Below are positions 40,725 to 51,215 of a DNA stretch of 64,000 bases, one piece after another. A model generated the notes under the pieces. It was not told the origin of the DNA. It saw only the letters and a program-made list of their open reading frames with translations, and did not search any database. The DNA is from a bacterium (GTDB taxonomy: Bacteria > SAR324 > NAC60-12), in contig CBDBHR010000025.1 of NCBI GenBank assembly GCA_965205865.1, forward strand, positions 32,001-96,000. The letters are read 5' to 3'. Position numbers and translations under genes: made by a program. Each line of letters opens with the position of its first letter. The stretch's first letter is position 1.

Positions 40725-42134
40725 ATGATAAATCACGAAAGGCGCGAAGATGGATGCGTCACTGAAAAATTTAAGGATAGCACATTCCAAAAAACTCAAC
40801 TCTTGGAGGGGCCTATTGGGACAACCTTGATCAAGCTCACCATTCCATTGTTGTTCGCAATGGTTTCAATTCTGCTTTTTAACATCGTAGACACTTTTTT
40901 TATCGGGAAACTCGGGGTCAAAGAGTTGGCGGCCATCAGTTATACTTTTCCCGTAGTCTTTGTGGTGATGAGTATCACATTTGGACTGGGAATCGGCACG
41001 TCGGCCGCCATTTCGCATGCCATCGGTTCATCAAATTATCGACGTATTCGACGGCTTACCACGGACGGTATTATTTTAGCGGCACTCGTCGTGATAGTGG
41101 TTGTCAGTGTGGGCATCATCACGATTGACCCCATATTTCAAATGATGGGAGCTACTCCCGATTTGCTCCCTCTGATCCATGATTATATGAACATCTGGTA
41201 TTTGGGAGTCGGATTTATCATGGTTCCCATTGTGGGAAACAATGCCATGCGGGCGACGGGTGACACTAAAACACCGAGCCTTGTTATAATCGTAATAGGA
41301 GTGGTCAATGCCATTTTAGATCCCTTCTTGATTTTTGGAATTGGGCCTTTTCCTCGAATGGAGGTACAAGGGGCGGCCTTGGCCACTGTCATTGCCTATT
41401 CGATGGCATTTTTCGCAGCATTATGGTTTTTAGGGATTCGCAAAAAAATGCTGGATTTTGCAATTCCCCAGTTAGTCTCCGTTTTCCGTTCATGGAAGCA
41501 GATCCTTCACGTCGGGCTTCCTGCGGCCGGAACACAAATACTCATTCCTCTTTCAACTGTAATTATCACTCGTATAATCGCCGGTTTTGGTCCTGAAGCG
41601 GTGGCAGCCTATGGGGTAGGCACTCGCCTTGAATTTTTAGCCATGATCGGAATATTGGCAATGTCACTGGCATTGAGTCCGTTTGTGGGGCAAAATTGGG
41701 GAGCCAAACAAACTGATCGTGTCCTCGAAGGGGTTCAATTCAGTTTGCAATTTTCATTGATATGGGGTGGTGCGGTATATCTTATTCTGGCCGTGGCCGC
41801 TTTTCCGATTGCTCGTTTTTTTTCAGAAGACGAAAAAGTGATTGCAATAACAGTACAGTTTTTTTGGATCGTTCCACTTGGTTATGGCTTCCATGGAATG
41901 GCCATGTTGGTCAATTCGACGTATAACGCTTTAAAAAAGCCCTTTTATTCTACGGTTTTGATTGTAGTTCAGTTTTTTATTTTGGTGATTCCGCTGGCCT
42001 TTTCAGGTTCTTTATTGTGGAAGGTGCCAGGCATTTTTATAGGAATTGCATTGGCCAATATAATTATTGGTTTACTTGCCTATGGGTACGCCAGGCAATT
42101 CATCCATAAAGCGACCGTCTCTGCCATGACATGA
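40725..42134 (+). CDS. MATE family efflux transporter
   Basis: VDTFFIGKLG..LAA, RATGDTKTP, LDPFLIFG, GAALAT, GQNWGA; start uncertain. Confidence 0.9.
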   Translation: MINHERREDGCVTEKFKDSTFQKTQLLEGPIGTTLIKLTIPLLFAMVSILLFNIVDTFFIGKLGVKELAAISYTFPVVFVVMSITFGLGIGTSAAISHAIGSSNYRRIRRLTTDGIILAALVVIVVVSVGIITIDPIFQMMGATPDLLPLIHDYMNIWYLGVGFIMVPIVGNNAMRATGDTKTPSLVIIVIGVVNAILDPFLIFGIGPFPRMEVQGAALATVIAYSMAFFAALWFLGIRKKMLDFAIPQLVSVFRSWKQILHVGLPAAGTQILIPLSTVIITRIIAGFGPEAVAAYGVGTRLEFLAMIGILAMSLALSPFVGQNWGAKQTDRVLEGVQFSLQFSLIWGGAVYLILAVAAFPIARFFSEDEKVIAITVQFFWIVPLGYGFHGMAMLVNSTYNALKKPFYSTVLIVVQFFILVIPLAFSGSLLWKVPGIFIGIALANIIIGLLAYGYARQFIHKATVSAMT

Positions 42135-42508
42135 GGCCTTTCAGACGGCTTTTTTTCTTTCATGAATTTCCAAAACAGAATTGAGCTTTTGGCAGCGCCA
42201 CGCTTGTTAACAAGGGGTGGGCTTTCCCTGTTTGTACTTGAAAAGGAAAGGCATAAAAAAAATATTCAACCTCTTCGGCAACTTCCGTATATAAACTGAA
42301 TTGCAATTGATCGTCTCGCCAAATTGCCCCAGGGGAACAGAGTGGCAAGGGAATAATTTTTTCAAAAAATGGCATAAGCCCGCCTCAGTTTTTTTAATAG
42401 AGAGGAGTATCACGTCAGAAGATAGATAATCTTTTCAGTTGTGCTACTATAAACGTTGTTGACCCCCACACTGTAAAATTAATGAAAGAATTTCAATAGA
42501 GAAGAGCA

Positions 42509-42952
42509 ATGGCAACAATTAAAAAGATCCTCATTCCCACAGACGGCTCAGATACCTCGAAAGAAGCGATGGCGTATGCCGCGGCGTTGGCAAAATCATT
42601 TCAGGCCTCTGTTACACTTCTGATTGTCGCGGATGACCAGTATCTGGATTGGCTTGGGCCCGCCCATTTTACCATTGAAATGATGAAGCAGATTGAAGAA
42701 AACTCCGTTGAGCAGGCAAGAAGAGTTTTGGATGAACTCGAGATTGACGCCTCCTTGAAGGATGTCAAAAAAGTGGTCCGTCGAGGCGTTCCTTTCCAGG
42801 AAATTGTTGATTGTGCCAAAAATGAGCAGATGGACATGATCGTGATGGGAACCCATGGCAGAAAGGGCGTATCTCATATGATGATGGGAAGCGTGGCGGA
42901 AAAAGTAGTACGTCTGGCGCAATGTCCGGTCCTCACCGTCAAAAAAAATTAA
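42509..42952 (+). CDS. Universal stress protein
   Basis: KILIPTDGS, DMIVMGTHGR, GSVAEKVVR..CPVL. Confidence 0.93.
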   Translation: MATIKKILIPTDGSDTSKEAMAYAAALAKSFQASVTLLIVADDQYLDWLGPAHFTIEMMKQIEENSVEQARRVLDELEIDASLKDVKKVVRRGVPFQEIVDCAKNEQMDMIVMGTHGRKGVSHMMMGSVAEKVVRLAQCPVLTVKKN

Positions 42953-43069
42953 CGAAAAACTCACCTTGCGTGCTCGAGTTCTGATGCGTATTCGTTGTTT
43001 TTTTTTGCTCCTGCCTGCGCCATCTTCCATCGACCGGATGAGAACCCTCTCATGAAATGCTCGGAAATG

Positions 43070-44416
43070 CTAAATAATCCCATAAGCCAACATCGCTTCC
43101 GCCACTTTGACGAAACCTGCCAGATTGGCACCCTTGACATAATTCACATGATCGGCGCCAGCACCGAATTCCACACATTTTTCATGGATTTGTCGCATGA
43201 TCTCTTTCAAACGACTGTCCAATTCCTCTCGTTCCCAGGAGAGGCGGATACTGTTCTGGGTCATTTCCAAACCTGAAACCGCCACTCCACCGGCGTTGGA
43301 CGCTTTCCCGGGTGCGAAAATGATTTTGGCATCATGAAATATCCGAGTCGCCTGCGGTGTTACGGGCATATTGGCTCCTTCGGCGACGGCAATACACCCG
43401 TTGGCAACCAATCTGTGGGCATCCTCCGCTTCTATTTCATTTTGGGTTGCGCAGGGAAACGCCAGATCACATGGAATTTTCCAGGGACGTTTTCCTGCCA
43501 CGAACTCACATCCAAAATGTTCGGCATATTCTCGAATTCGCCCCCGCTTGATGGATTTCAGATGGATTAAAAACGCCAACTTTTCGGGGTTGAGTCCTTC
43601 TCGATCATGAATGTAACCGCTGCTGTCGGAGAGAGCGATGACCTTACCTCCCAACTGGCAGACTTTTTCAGCTGCATATTGGGCGACGTTCCCCGAACCG
43701 GAGATCACTACCTGCTTGTCTTCGATGGTGTTCCCTTGGTGTTTCAACATCTCCTCCATGAAATACGCTGCCCCATAACCTGTTGCTTCCTTGCGAATCA
43801 AACTTCCTCCGAATTCCAACGCTTTTCCGGTATAGGTACCGGTAAATTCATGAGTCAAGCGTTTGTACTGTCCAAACATATAACTGATTTCCTGAGTACC
43901 CACCCCGATATCACCCGCGGGAACATCAATATTTTCTCCGATGTAATAGGACAACTCCGTAGTGAAGGCCTGGCAAAATCGCATGATTTCCCGGTTGGAT
44001 TTTCCCTTGGGATTGAAATTGGCCCCACCTTTTGCAGCACCCATTGGCAAAGAGGTTAAACTGTTTTTGAAGGTTTGTTCAAATCCAAGAAACTTGAGTA
44101 TACTGAGATTCACCGAAGGATGGAATCGCAAACCGCCTTTGTAAGGACCAATGGAATTGTTGAATTGTACCCGATAGCCGCGATTGACTCGAATATTACC
44201 TCCGTCGTCTTCCCAACACACACGAAAAATAACGATGCGGTCGGGCTCCGTCATGCGTTCGAAAATCCGCGTTTCGAGATATTGAGGATTTTGATTGATG
44301 AAAGGAACCAAATTCTCGGCCACTTCAAATACTGCCTGGTGAAATTCGTGTTCCCCCGGATTTCGCTTTCTCAATCCTGTCATGAACTGTTCTAAATCTA
44401 TTTTTTTTGCATGCAT
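43070..44416 (-). CDS. gdhA: NADP-specific glutamate dehydrogenase
   Basis: GPYKGGLRFH, EQTFKNSLT, DVPAGDIGVG, SGSGNVA, EGANMP. Confidence 0.95.
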   Translation of the reverse strand: MHAKKIDLEQFMTGLRKRNPGEHEFHQAVFEVAENLVPFINQNPQYLETRIFERMTEPDRIVIFRVCWEDDGGNIRVNRGYRVQFNNSIGPYKGGLRFHPSVNLSILKFLGFEQTFKNSLTSLPMGAAKGGANFNPKGKSNREIMRFCQAFTTELSYYIGENIDVPAGDIGVGTQEISYMFGQYKRLTHEFTGTYTGKALEFGGSLIRKEATGYGAAYFMEEMLKHQGNTIEDKQVVISGSGNVAQYAAEKVCQLGGKVIALSDSSGYIHDREGLNPEKLAFLIHLKSIKRGRIREYAEHFGCEFVAGKRPWKIPCDLAFPCATQNEIEAEDAHRLVANGCIAVAEGANMPVTPQATRIFHDAKIIFAPGKASNAGGVAVSGLEMTQNSIRLSWEREELDSRLKEIMRQIHEKCVEFGAGADHVNYVKGANLAGFVKVAEAMLAYGII

Positions 44417-44527
44417 TGTCTGAGCTCCGTGATAGGTGGACAAAAAGAATTTTTGCAATTTCAGAAAACTCTATCCCTGCGTCACTTTTATCAGGACCAG
44501 ATATAGAATACCAACAAAAATGGGCGT

Positions 44528-46051
44528 TTAAAAATCGAGTTTTTTCAACGCGTCATGGTAAACCGCTTCATATTGTTGGGCCGCCGTATGCCAATCAAAG
44601 CGTTGAGCCATCGCATTTTGGATGAGCTTTTGAAAGTCGTGGGGGCGGTCGTGGTAGAGAGTCAAAGCTTCCTTGATACAATTTTTCAGGGCCGGCGAGC
44701 TTGGATCGTTAAAAAGGAATCCCGTCCCTTCCGTATCAGTATAATGGCGCACAGAATCCTGCAATCCTCCAACAGATCGCACGATGGGCAGAGTTCCATA
44801 ACTCAAACTGTACATTTGATTCAGCCCGCAGGGCTCGAAAAGGGATGGCATCAAGAAAAAATCACTGCCTGCCTCGATCCAATGTGACAACTGATCGTCG
44901 AACCGATTATGCCATCGCATGTTTTGCGGAAAACGACGGGCGATTTCATGCAGTGCTTCCTCGATCCAATTTTCGCCTATGCCCAGAATGATCAGTTGCA
45001 CCTTCCAGTTTAAAATATCCCCCAGTGAGTCCAGCAGATAAGCAAAACCTTTTTGCCGGGTTACCCGCGTGACCATACCGATCATCGGAATATGAGGCGC
45101 ATCCGGCAACTGAAAATACTGCTGAAGTTCTTTTTTGCAGACTGCCTTCCCCTGCAATTCCTCTGCATCAAAATTTGCAGGAATGATAGGATCGGTAGCG
45201 GGGTCCCACTTTTGGTAGTCGCATCCGTTCAAAATACCCGGCAGGTCTTCCTGGCGGTTGAGGAATGCCTCGCGTAATCCGTGTCCTCCCAGGGGAGTCA
45301 ACAGTTCACGGGCATACCCCGGACTGACAGCGTTGATCTTATCCGCCCAGGCAACCCCGCCCTTGAGCAAATTGATCTGGCCATTATCTTCAAAAAGACC
45401 AGGTTTGAAATGTTGCCAACCAATGCCCAAAAATTCCCTCTCAGACGGAGGGAAATGTCCTTGAAAGGAAGCGTTATGCAAAGTGAGAACGGAAACCGAC
45501 TTTTGAAAAAAAGGATTGCCATTCTCATGTTTTTTGAGATAAAAAGGAATGATGGCGGTATGCCAGTCATTGCAATGAATTACGTCTGCCGAAAAATCCA
45601 AAACCTGACATGTACGCAGAACCGCCTTTGAGAAAAAGCCAAAACGCCGGGCATTGTCGGCAAAGGGGACGGTACCGTCACCATATAGTTGATCTCCGGA
45701 AAAGTAAAAATCGTGTTCGATGAAGTAAACGGGCACCTTGGTTAAGCGACGAGACGGCACTTCTCCTTCCAAAAATCCCTGCCGCAGCGCAAACCGAATT
45801 TCCGTGCCGCCCATCCGTACTACCAATGCTTCTGCTGCGGGAAAAACCTCTAATGCTTGGAGGGTTCCCACCCGGTCGATCGGAAAATACGGTGGGAGGA
45901 GCGAACGGTAATATGGCAAAATAACCCGTACATCGTGACCACGCTCTTTGAGGACCAGGGGGAGGGCTCTTCCAAAATCAGCCAGTCCTCCGGTTTTCAC
46001 CAAGCCTTCGACTTCAGAAATTACCAACATTATCTTCAGCTGTTCAGCCAA
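44528..46051 (-). CDS. glgA: Glycogen synthase
   Basis: KTGGLAD, HCNDWH, GILNG, MPSLFEPCGLNQMYS; probable TTG start overlapping the glgC stop. Confidence 0.93.
   Translation of the reverse strand: MAEQLKIMLVISEVEGLVKTGGLADFGRALPLVLKERGHDVRVILPYYRSLLPPYFPIDRVGTLQALEVFPAAEALVVRMGGTEIRFALRQGFLEGEVPSRRLTKVPVYFIEHDFYFSGDQLYGDGTVPFADNARRFGFFSKAVLRTCQVLDFSADVIHCNDWHTAIIPFYLKKHENGNPFFQKSVSVLTLHNASFQGHFPPSEREFLGIGWQHFKPGLFEDNGQINLLKGGVAWADKINAVSPGYARELLTPLGGHGLREAFLNRQEDLPGILNGCDYQKWDPATDPIIPANFDAEELQGKAVCKKELQQYFQLPDAPHIPMIGMVTRVTRQKGFAYLLDSLGDILNWKVQLIILGIGENWIEEALHEIARRFPQNMRWHNRFDDQLSHWIEAGSDFFLMPSLFEPCGLNQMYSLSYGTLPIVRSVGGLQDSVRHYTDTEGTGFLFNDPSSPALKNCIKEALTLYHDRPHDFQKLIQNAMAQRFDWHTAAQQYEAVYHDALKKLDF
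45860..45900. repeat. 41-bp palindromic repeat family A, in frame within glgA
   Basis: GAGGGTTCCCACCCGGTCGATCGGAAAATACGGTGGGAGGA; 25/30 core identity to the pheT copy at 49371-49400. Confidence 0.8.
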
Positions 46052-47273
46052 TATGGGCTCCTTTTGGAATGACGACGATCCCGTTTTCAGAAACCGTGTA
46101 TTTTTGACGATCTGCTTCGAGATCACTTCCGATGACGATTCCCGCAGCAATTTTTACATCTTTGTCAACGATTGTTCTGGAGATGCGGGCGCCTCTGCCT
46201 ATTTCAGTATTATCCATCACCACGGACTGTTTAATATGAGAAAAACTATGCACCCTCACTCCATATCCGAGGATCGATTCTTCCACGAGGGCGCCGCTGA
46301 CGACGCAGCCGGCACTGACCACCGCATTGATTGCATGTCCGGTGCGGATGACGCTGTAATGGACGAATTTGGCAGGAGGATGAGGCGGACGATAGGTTCG
46401 AATGGGCCATCTGGTATTGTAGAGATTAAAGACCGGGTCAATCCGTACCAAATCCATATTGGATTCCCAGTAGGTATCGATCGAGCCGACGTCCCGCCAG
46501 TAGCCACGGTTTTTTTCTTCCATTCCCGGGATTTGATTTTGGTGGAAATCATAGACAAAAACACGCTTCTGCGGATAGAGTTTGGGAATAATATCCTTGC
46601 CGAAATCATGAGAGGATTGGTTATCTATCGCATCTGCATGGAGTTCCTCGAGCAGCGGATCGGTATTGAAAATATAATTCCCCATGGAAGCCAGCGCATG
46701 TTCAGGATCTCGTGGAATGGTTTTCGGATGTTCTTTGGGTTTTTCTACAAAACCCGTCATCCGCCAATCTTCATCCACTTCAATAATCCCGAAGTGGAAG
46801 GCTTCCGCAATGGGAACCGGGATTGCCGCTACAGTCAATGCCGCTTTTTTCTTTTCATGAAAGCGGATCATTTGACGGATATCCATCTGGTAGATGTGAT
46901 CGCCTCCGAAAATGCAAACGATATCCGGTTCTTCATCATAGATCAGGTTCAGGTTTTGATAGATCGCATCGGCGGTGCCCTCGTACCAACGTTTCCCCGT
47001 CCGCATTTGCGCTGGGACCGGATCAATGAAATTTCCGGTGATCTGTCCTGAAATCCGCCATCCTTGACGCAGGTGCTGCATCAGGGAATGGGATTTAAAT
47101 TGGGTCAGCACAAATATCCGAATCAATTCCGAATTGACAAAATTGGAAATCACAAAGTCTATGATGCGGTAATTTCCGCCAAAGGGAACAGCGGGTTTCG
47201 TACGGACTGCGGTTAGAGGATAAAGTCGGCTCCCTTCTCCTCCTGCCAGGATCATGGAAACAATTCTATTCAC
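46044..47273 (-). CDS. glgC: Glucose-1-phosphate adenylyltransferase
   Basis: LAGGEGSRL.PLT..KPAVPFGG.YRIID, GTADA, FVEKP, SMGNY, YWRDVG. Confidence 0.95.
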   Translation of the reverse strand: MNRIVSMILAGGEGSRLYPLTAVRTKPAVPFGGNYRIIDFVISNFVNSELIRIFVLTQFKSHSLMQHLRQGWRISGQITGNFIDPVPAQMRTGKRWYEGTADAIYQNLNLIYDEEPDIVCIFGGDHIYQMDIRQMIRFHEKKKAALTVAAIPVPIAEAFHFGIIEVDEDWRMTGFVEKPKEHPKTIPRDPEHALASMGNYIFNTDPLLEELHADAIDNQSSHDFGKDIIPKLYPQKRVFVYDFHQNQIPGMEEKNRGYWRDVGSIDTYWESNMDLVRIDPVFNLYNTRWPIRTYRPPHPPAKFVHYSVIRTGHAINAVVSAGCVVSGALVEESILGYGVRVHSFSHIKQSVVMDNTEIGRGARISRTIVDKDVKIAAGIVIGSDLEADRQKYTVSENGIVVIPKGAHIG

Positions 47274-47351
47274 GGCTTCTCCTCCCACAATATCTATTGA
47301 ATGATCGCGTGGGAATCCACATGAGGTCGAGTGCCTTTCCGTCAATCCGTT

Positions 47352-50042
47352 TCAGACCCGCAACTCCGCATTCAATTCCTGCTTGAGTTGCCGGATGATT
47401 TTTTCCCGGATGGGTTCGACGTCCTCATCCGTCAGGGTACGGTCAAATGCCTGGTAAGTCATGGCGAAGGCCAGACTTTTTTTATTACTGCCAACCCGCT
47501 TTCCCCGAAAGACGTCAAACAGATGAACCTTTTCCAGTAGTGGATGTCCTGTTTGCAAAATGAGAGATTCTACCTGCCCGGCAGGTATGGATTCATCCAC
47601 AACAAAAGCCAAATCTTCATAAATAGGGGCGTAGATGGGCATTTCGATCATCATATGGATCTGATTCCAATGGCGCAAGAGTGCTTTCAACTCAAATTCT
47701 GCCAGGCAAACCGGTTGTTCGGGTAATCCAAAACAACGAACCACTTTTGGATGGATTTCTCCCATTTGACCGAGAATTTCTCCCTCAATCATGATGGCGG
47801 CAGATCGACCGGGATGATAAATCCCTCCTTCACTTTTCTGCCAGCTTGTCTTCCGGATATGCAAGCCTTCCATCAATGTGACCAGCACGCCTTTGAGGTC
47901 ATAAAAATCCAGCTTATCCTCGTGCTCACTTTGGCTCACTCCCTCCTTTTGTAAAGGGGGACAGGGAGATTGGGAGTTTTTTGCTCCGTCCAACCAGGAA
48001 GGTGGCAAGCGTTTGCCGGTCATCAGGATCGTCAAATAAGGGATTTCATCAGGCAGGAGTTCCCCCTCTCGGGGCTGATAAATGTTGCCGATTTCAAAAA
48101 CGGCCACCCGCTCCTTGAATCGCAAATTTCTCTTTGTCGTTGTCAAGGCGCCAGGTATGAGCGATTGTCGCATGTGCGTTCTCTCCGCCGATAAAGGATT
48201 TTGCAATGCGAGATAACGTGAGGGTTCCCACCCCCCTTTTTGCGAGGGGGATTTTCGGACAATACTGTGGGAAGGATCCACTCCCCCTTCAGCTAAGGGG
48301 GACGGGGGAATTTGAAGTTCTTTTTGCTCGTCCGGAACCAAACGAGCCTCGTCCTGCGGATCGACGATTGAATAGGTAATGATTTCATCCAATCCCGTCT
48401 CTACGATAATGTCTCGGACTTTCTCCGTACCTGACAACTGCGCATTGCGTTGTGATGCGGAAGGTCGAGTTTTGGGCAAGACATCGTTCATCAAAGTACC
48501 GGGCATTCGATTGTACCCATAGACCCGAGCCACTTCCTCCACCAAATCCGCGGCAAGCCGGACATCCATACGGTGACTGGGGACTGTGACCTGCAATTTA
48601 TCTCGCACAACCACCTGAAATGCCAGTCTTTCCAGGATTTTGACAATTTCCCCCCGAGACAAGTCAACTCCCAGTAAGCGGTTCACGTAGAGAGGATCCA
48701 ATTCGATTTCAATGCTTTCTCTTTTCTTGAGATAAAGATCCCCATAAGCGCTATTGAGGAATCCACCAGCATATTCTTCCATGAGCCGTGCTGCCCGCAC
48801 AGCGGCTTTCAGAGTCAATTCCGGATCCAGGCGCTTGCCAAATCGCTCACTGGCCTCCGTTCGCAATTTCAATAGCTGGCAGGTCCGGCGATTGTTTAAA
48901 AATTCGAAATTGGCCGATTCCAGCAAGATTCTTTTGGTGGTGGAAGACACTTCCGTCTCGGCTCCTCCCATTATTCCGGCAATGGCAACCGGACCTTTGG
49001 CATCGGTGATGAGCAGCATTTGATCGTCAAACTCGTGTTCCACCCCATCCAGGGTGGTCATGCGCTCCCCCGATTGAGCACGACGGACGCGGATCATTGG
49101 CTGTCTCCCTTCTGCGCGCTCTTTCAGAAGGTCATAATCAAAGGCATGGAGGGGTTGTCCCATTTCCAGCATTACATAATTGGTGATATCCACAATATTG
49201 TTAATGGGGCGCATCCCTGCCCTCAACAGACGCTGTCGTACCCAAAACGGAGAAGGTCCTACCCGCACTCCGTCGATCAACAATCCCGAGTATCGCCCAC
49301 AAAGATCAGAGTTCTCGATTTCGAGTTTCACAAAGGACGGGTGTTCAGCAATTTCGTTCGTCTGAGAGGTCCCACCCGACCGGTCGGACAATACTGTGGG
49401 GAGGGACAATTTTTTCAAGATATCCTGGTTGAGAGGAGTTTCCGTCAAGGCGGCTACTTCTCGCGCGATGCCGAAAATTGCCAACAAATGGCTGAAACCT
49501 CCTTTGATATCAAAATGAAATATGGTATCTCCCAGAGATGTTTTCAAAGATGCGCCTACCAGAAGCTCGTCTTCGCTAAACAACATCACCCCTTCGTGGT
49601 CGTCACTGAGCCCCAGTTCTTTTTCAGAACACAGCACCCCTTCGGAAAGAATTCCGCGAATCCTGGCTGGTTTGAGGACTAAGGTTTTTTCCTCCTCACC
49701 GTGAGATTCCACCAGAACGGCGCCCGGAAGAGCCAAAGCCCCTTTGAGAGGCTTAGGGATTTCCTTATTTTCATAGCACCTCAGATTGGGTGCTCCGCAA
49801 ACCACTTGCAACTGCTCAGTTGGTCCATAATTTACTTTTACCAAAGAAAGTTGGTCAGCATTGGGATGTGGCAAGACTTCCAGAATTTCGGCGATAAGAA
49901 AAAGATTTTCTTCCCAATGCGCGCCGATAGTGTCGACCATCTCGATTTCCAAGCCAGCCAAAGTCAGGCGTTCTGCCAGTGCGTTCGGGTCGGAAGTTGC
50001 CACATAATCATTGAGCCAGCTGACAGGAACAGATAACGCCAT
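47352..50042 (-). CDS. pheT: Phenylalanine--tRNA ligase beta subunit with in-frame insertions
   Basis: HPNAD, VCGAPN, RPINNIVDITNYVMLE.GQPLHAFD, DLVEEVARVYGY, KSLAF..DRTLTD. Confidence 0.96.
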   Translation of the reverse strand: MALSVPVSWLNDYVATSDPNALAERLTLAGLEIEMVDTIGAHWEENLFLIAEILEVLPHPNADQLSLVKVNYGPTEQLQVVCGAPNLRCYENKEIPKPLKGALALPGAVLVESHGEEEKTLVLKPARIRGILSEGVLCSEKELGLSDDHEGVMLFSEDELLVGASLKTSLGDTIFHFDIKGGFSHLLAIFGIAREVAALTETPLNQDILKKLSLPTVLSDRSGGTSQTNEIAEHPSFVKLEIENSDLCGRYSGLLIDGVRVGPSPFWVRQRLLRAGMRPINNIVDITNYVMLEMGQPLHAFDYDLLKERAEGRQPMIRVRRAQSGERMTTLDGVEHEFDDQMLLITDAKGPVAIAGIMGGAETEVSSTTKRILLESANFEFLNNRRTCQLLKLRTEASERFGKRLDPELTLKAAVRAARLMEEYAGGFLNSAYGDLYLKKRESIEIELDPLYVNRLLGVDLSRGEIVKILERLAFQVVVRDKLQVTVPSHRMDVRLAADLVEEVARVYGYNRMPGTLMNDVLPKTRPSASQRNAQLSGTEKVRDIIVETGLDEIITYSIVDPQDEARLVPDEQKELQIPPSPLAEGGVDPSHSIVRKSPSQKGGWEPSRYLALQNPLSAERTHMRQSLIPGALTTTKRNLRFKERVAVFEIGNIYQPREGELLPDEIPYLTILMTGKRLPPSWLDGAKNSQSPCPPLQKEGVSQSEHEDKLDFYDLKGVLVTLMEGLHIRKTSWQKSEGGIYHPGRSAAIMIEGEILGQMGEIHPKVVRCFGLPEQPVCLAEFELKALLRHWNQIHMMIEMPIYAPIYEDLAFVVDESIPAGQVESLILQTGHPLLEKVHLFDVFRGKRVGSNKKSLAFAMTYQAFDRTLTDEDVEPIREKIIRQLKQELNAELRV

Positions 50043-50204
50043 AAATTTTCCTTTTTGAAACAGTAAGCCGTCAATAAAGAAATTGAATTCTTCACTTCAG
50101 ATAAAATTTATTTGAAAACACAAAGGATTTTGTTATACAATCCTTGGGCTTGAGGGACAATGCGAGAATTATGAAAGCTTCCAATAAAAAGGACAAGACA
50201 AACC

Positions 50205-51092
50205 ATGAAACACATTGCTGTAGATTTGGGTGGCACGAAAATCGAAATCATTCTCTGCGGGGAAAATGTGCTGAACATCCTTGAGCGTAAGCGTGTTCCA
50301 ACTCAGCAGTATGAGAGTTACGAGAGATTGTTGCGTCAAATTGCCGCTCTGATCAAAGAGTACCTGGAGTTGAGCGAGGATGAAATGATCATAGGCATGG
50401 GAATTCCCGGTTCAATCTCGCCCCAAACGGGTGCAGTCCTTGGCGCAAACACTCAATGTCTCAACGGCCAACCTTTGCAATCGGATTTGGAATCATTGAT
50501 CGATCACCAGATCTTCATCGAAAATGATGCCAATTGTTTCGCCCTCAGCGAGGCGTTGATGGGCGCAGGTCAGGGATATGAGGCTGTTCTGGGGATCATC
50601 ATGGGCACCGGTGTCGGAGGCGGTGCGGTTTATTCCGGAAAACTGTGGAAAGGCGCGAATGGAAATGCCAGCGAATGGGGCCACCAAACGCTCAAATCAA
50701 ATGGTATCCCCTGTTGGTGCGGACGAACAGGCTGTATGGAAAATTACCTCTCAGGGATCGGAATTGAACGATTTTACAAAATATTATCCGGGCAAGATTG
50801 TTCCCTGCCCGAAATTTATCAGAAATTTGAGGAAGCAAATAATCCTCATGCCCAAGAGGTGATCCAAAACTTGATTTCCGATTTTGCAGACGGAGTGAGC
50901 AACCTGATTACTATTTTTGATCCCAGCATCATTATTGTAGGCGGAGGGGTATCCAATTTACCCATCCTCTATTCCGAAGGAGCCAATGCTGCCAATCAAA
51001 AATCGTTCCATCCGGAGTTCACCATTCCCATCGTGAAAAACAAATTGGGGGATTCCAGCGGGATTTACGGCGCCGCTATGCTCACGGAATGA
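50205..51092 (+). CDS. ROK family sugar kinase (Mak/NagK-like)
   Basis: DLGGTKIE, ENDANCFALSEA, GTGVGGG, EWGH, CWCGRTGC.E. Confidence 0.92.
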   Translation: MKHIAVDLGGTKIEIILCGENVLNILERKRVPTQQYESYERLLRQIAALIKEYLELSEDEMIIGMGIPGSISPQTGAVLGANTQCLNGQPLQSDLESLIDHQIFIENDANCFALSEALMGAGQGYEAVLGIIMGTGVGGGAVYSGKLWKGANGNASEWGHQTLKSNGIPCWCGRTGCMENYLSGIGIERFYKILSGQDCSLPEIYQKFEEANNPHAQEVIQNLISDFADGVSNLITIFDPSIIIVGGGVSNLPILYSEGANAANQKSFHPEFTIPIVKNKLGDSSGIYGAAMLTE

Positions 51093-51215
51093 GGAGGTTT
51101 CAGAATACCTGGCGGCTTCCCGATTTCACAATCATTTTTTTAGTGCTGCGACAATTCGGTCATCCATGCAAAACTATGCCTTTGGAGAATTCGAAAAATT
51201 TAAAATGGTACGACA

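Noticed and set aside
45948-47051. 367-aa plus-strand ORF
   Set aside because: Antisense shadow of glgC with no recognisable motifs; the same applies to long ORFs opposite the ThDP gene, AKR, PhyH, pheT, rpsA and mutL.
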